Assembly: GCA_950097015.1 (NCBI GenBank)
Contig: CATNEN010000001.1
Coordinates: forward strand, 10,292,001-10,356,000
Source: Macrostomum hystrix
Lineage: Eukaryota; Animalia; Platyhelminthes
Length of the DNA stretch: 64,000 nt
Direction: 5' to 3'
Shown here: piece after piece, positions 62,733 to 64,000 of the stretch
Numbering within the stretch: position 1 is the stretch's first letter
Layout: the number at the start of each line of letters is the position of its first letter
Notes under the pieces: model-generated
The model's database searches: none
Told to the model about the DNA's origin: nothing
The model's input: the letters and a program-made list of their open reading frames with translations, nothing else
Program-made: the position numbers and the translations under genes

Positions 62733-63529
62733 AGTCCGCTTACTACATTGGTGGCCCTTGGTTTGAGCACGGACTCAATAGTACAAAGGATTCTTTCAGC
62801 AATAATAATCGCTCATAACACAATGGGAAAATGTTTCAGTTTTTAGCCAGGGTTTCAAAAATCGTTAGTTTTTTTGCTTTTTCCCCTAGCAACTAATTTT
62901 TCACTTTAGAAATGACTCATCTGATTACAGTTTCAGCTACCAGTTCTTGCATTGCTACGCATCTACAATGCTTTTTATAGAATGCTCTACAAATCTTGAA
63001 AGATTTCAATACAGAAAACTTAGCTCAAATAAGTCTTAGCTTTCTTGTCTGCTTGTTGCATTTTTGATCTACTAATTTTAATTGCTTTTATGTCTCACTT
63101 CATTTCTCACTTCAGACTTTTCAGACTTCTTGTTTGAGTGATTGATTGAAAAACATAAACATGTCATCTTTTCAGTCACCAGCTGTCTTACCCCCAGTCA
63201 CGTACAAAGGGCAGTAATAGTGCCTGTACATAATAGGCACTATAGTAGAAAATCCTGTACGTATGGTTGTGTAAAACTGATATGACAAGCCGAATCTCAG
63301 CTCTGTTTATGATAAGAACAGATCGAATAAGAAAGCAGACTCAGCACTCTGCCAGGCACGGCAGAAAAACTCGAAGCTGAGCTGAAGCTAATTACCAAGT
63401 GACAAGTCTCAGCGTGGCAACTGCAAACTTTCCATATCCCATACTCTTGTGGGAAAGTATATTGAGCTCATCGAACATTCCAAACTGCAAATTCAGTGAC
63501 TGAAGAAAATTTCCTAAGACTGTTAAGCG

Positions 63530-64000
63530 ATGGGACAACAATTCAGCCTCAAGAGAGCTGCAAGACGTGGAGACCTAAAAACTGTTTGCTTCTATCTGAC
63601 ACTGGCCTGGGACAGTCAAAGGAGGAATAAAATTTGCGCAGACTGTTGTAAAACCGCAGCTGGTGAGGGTCATCTGTCAGTGGTGAGATTTCTGGTTCAG
63701 AAAGTTACCGACCGAAGCGTAAAAGATCGCTGCTGCGTGAGAGCTGCACAGTATGCTGCATTTAGGGGCCATTTAGAAGTGCTTCAGTTTCTTGTTATGA
63801 CAGTCGCCGACCAAAGCGTGAAAGACGAGTGCTGGGTACTTGCTACGAGATGTGCTGCAAGATCAGGTCAGTTCGAAGTTATTAAATTCCTGGTGCACAA
63901 TGCGTCTGATCAACACGTGAGAGATCAGTGCTGCTTGAAGGCTGCAGAATCTACTACAATAGATGTTGTTCAATTTCTGGTAAAGACAGTTGCTGACAAA
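63530..64000 (+). CDS. Cys-rich ankyrin-like ~35-aa repeat protein, partial (open to window end)
   Basis: Manual translation: RAARRGDLKTVCFYL..CCKTAAGEGHLSVVRFLVQKVTDRSVKDRCCVRAAQYAAFRGHLEVLQFLVMTVADQSVKDECW..AARSGQFEVIKFLV. No stop before 64000. Confidence 0.75.
   Translation, partial: MGQQFSLKRAARRGDLKTVCFYLTLAWDSQRRNKICADCCKTAAGEGHLSVVRFLVQKVTDRSVKDRCCVRAAQYAAFRGHLEVLQFLVMTVADQSVKDECWVLATRCAARSGQFEVIKFLVHNASDQHVRDQCCLKAAESTTIDVVQFLVKTVADK

Overview
Eukaryotic, intron-rich animal DNA. The style (CAG/CTG-rich exons, minisatellite-packed introns, tRNA-SINEs) suggests a free-living flatworm such as Macrostomum; this is inference only. Three blocks. (1) 0.4-26.6 kb: six conserved genes head-to-tail on + (synaptophysin-like, FAD synthase, TMEM9, FBXO7, LSM5, TMEM65). 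The five downstream genes each have a splice acceptor just upstream of the coding start, and almost every large intron and every spacer holds its own unrelated minisatellite. This looks like an SL trans-spliced operon. (2) 30.7-45.5 kb: a complete four-domain voltage-gated sodium-channel-family gene on - with a DEEA filter (Nav2 class) and candidate micro-exons. (3) 47-64 kb: a repeat-rich region whose main gene splices a long Cys-rich helical/ankyrin-repeat exon in frame onto a Mab-21/cGAS-like nucleotidyltransferase (cGLR-type immune receptor candidate). That locus carries two near-perfect inverted self-duplications and is bracketed by diverged direct repeats. A HEI10/CCNB1IP1-like RING gene and a second ankyrin-like repeat ORF running off the window follow. 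Exon coordinates were derived by hand from GT-AG sites and reading-frame continuity.
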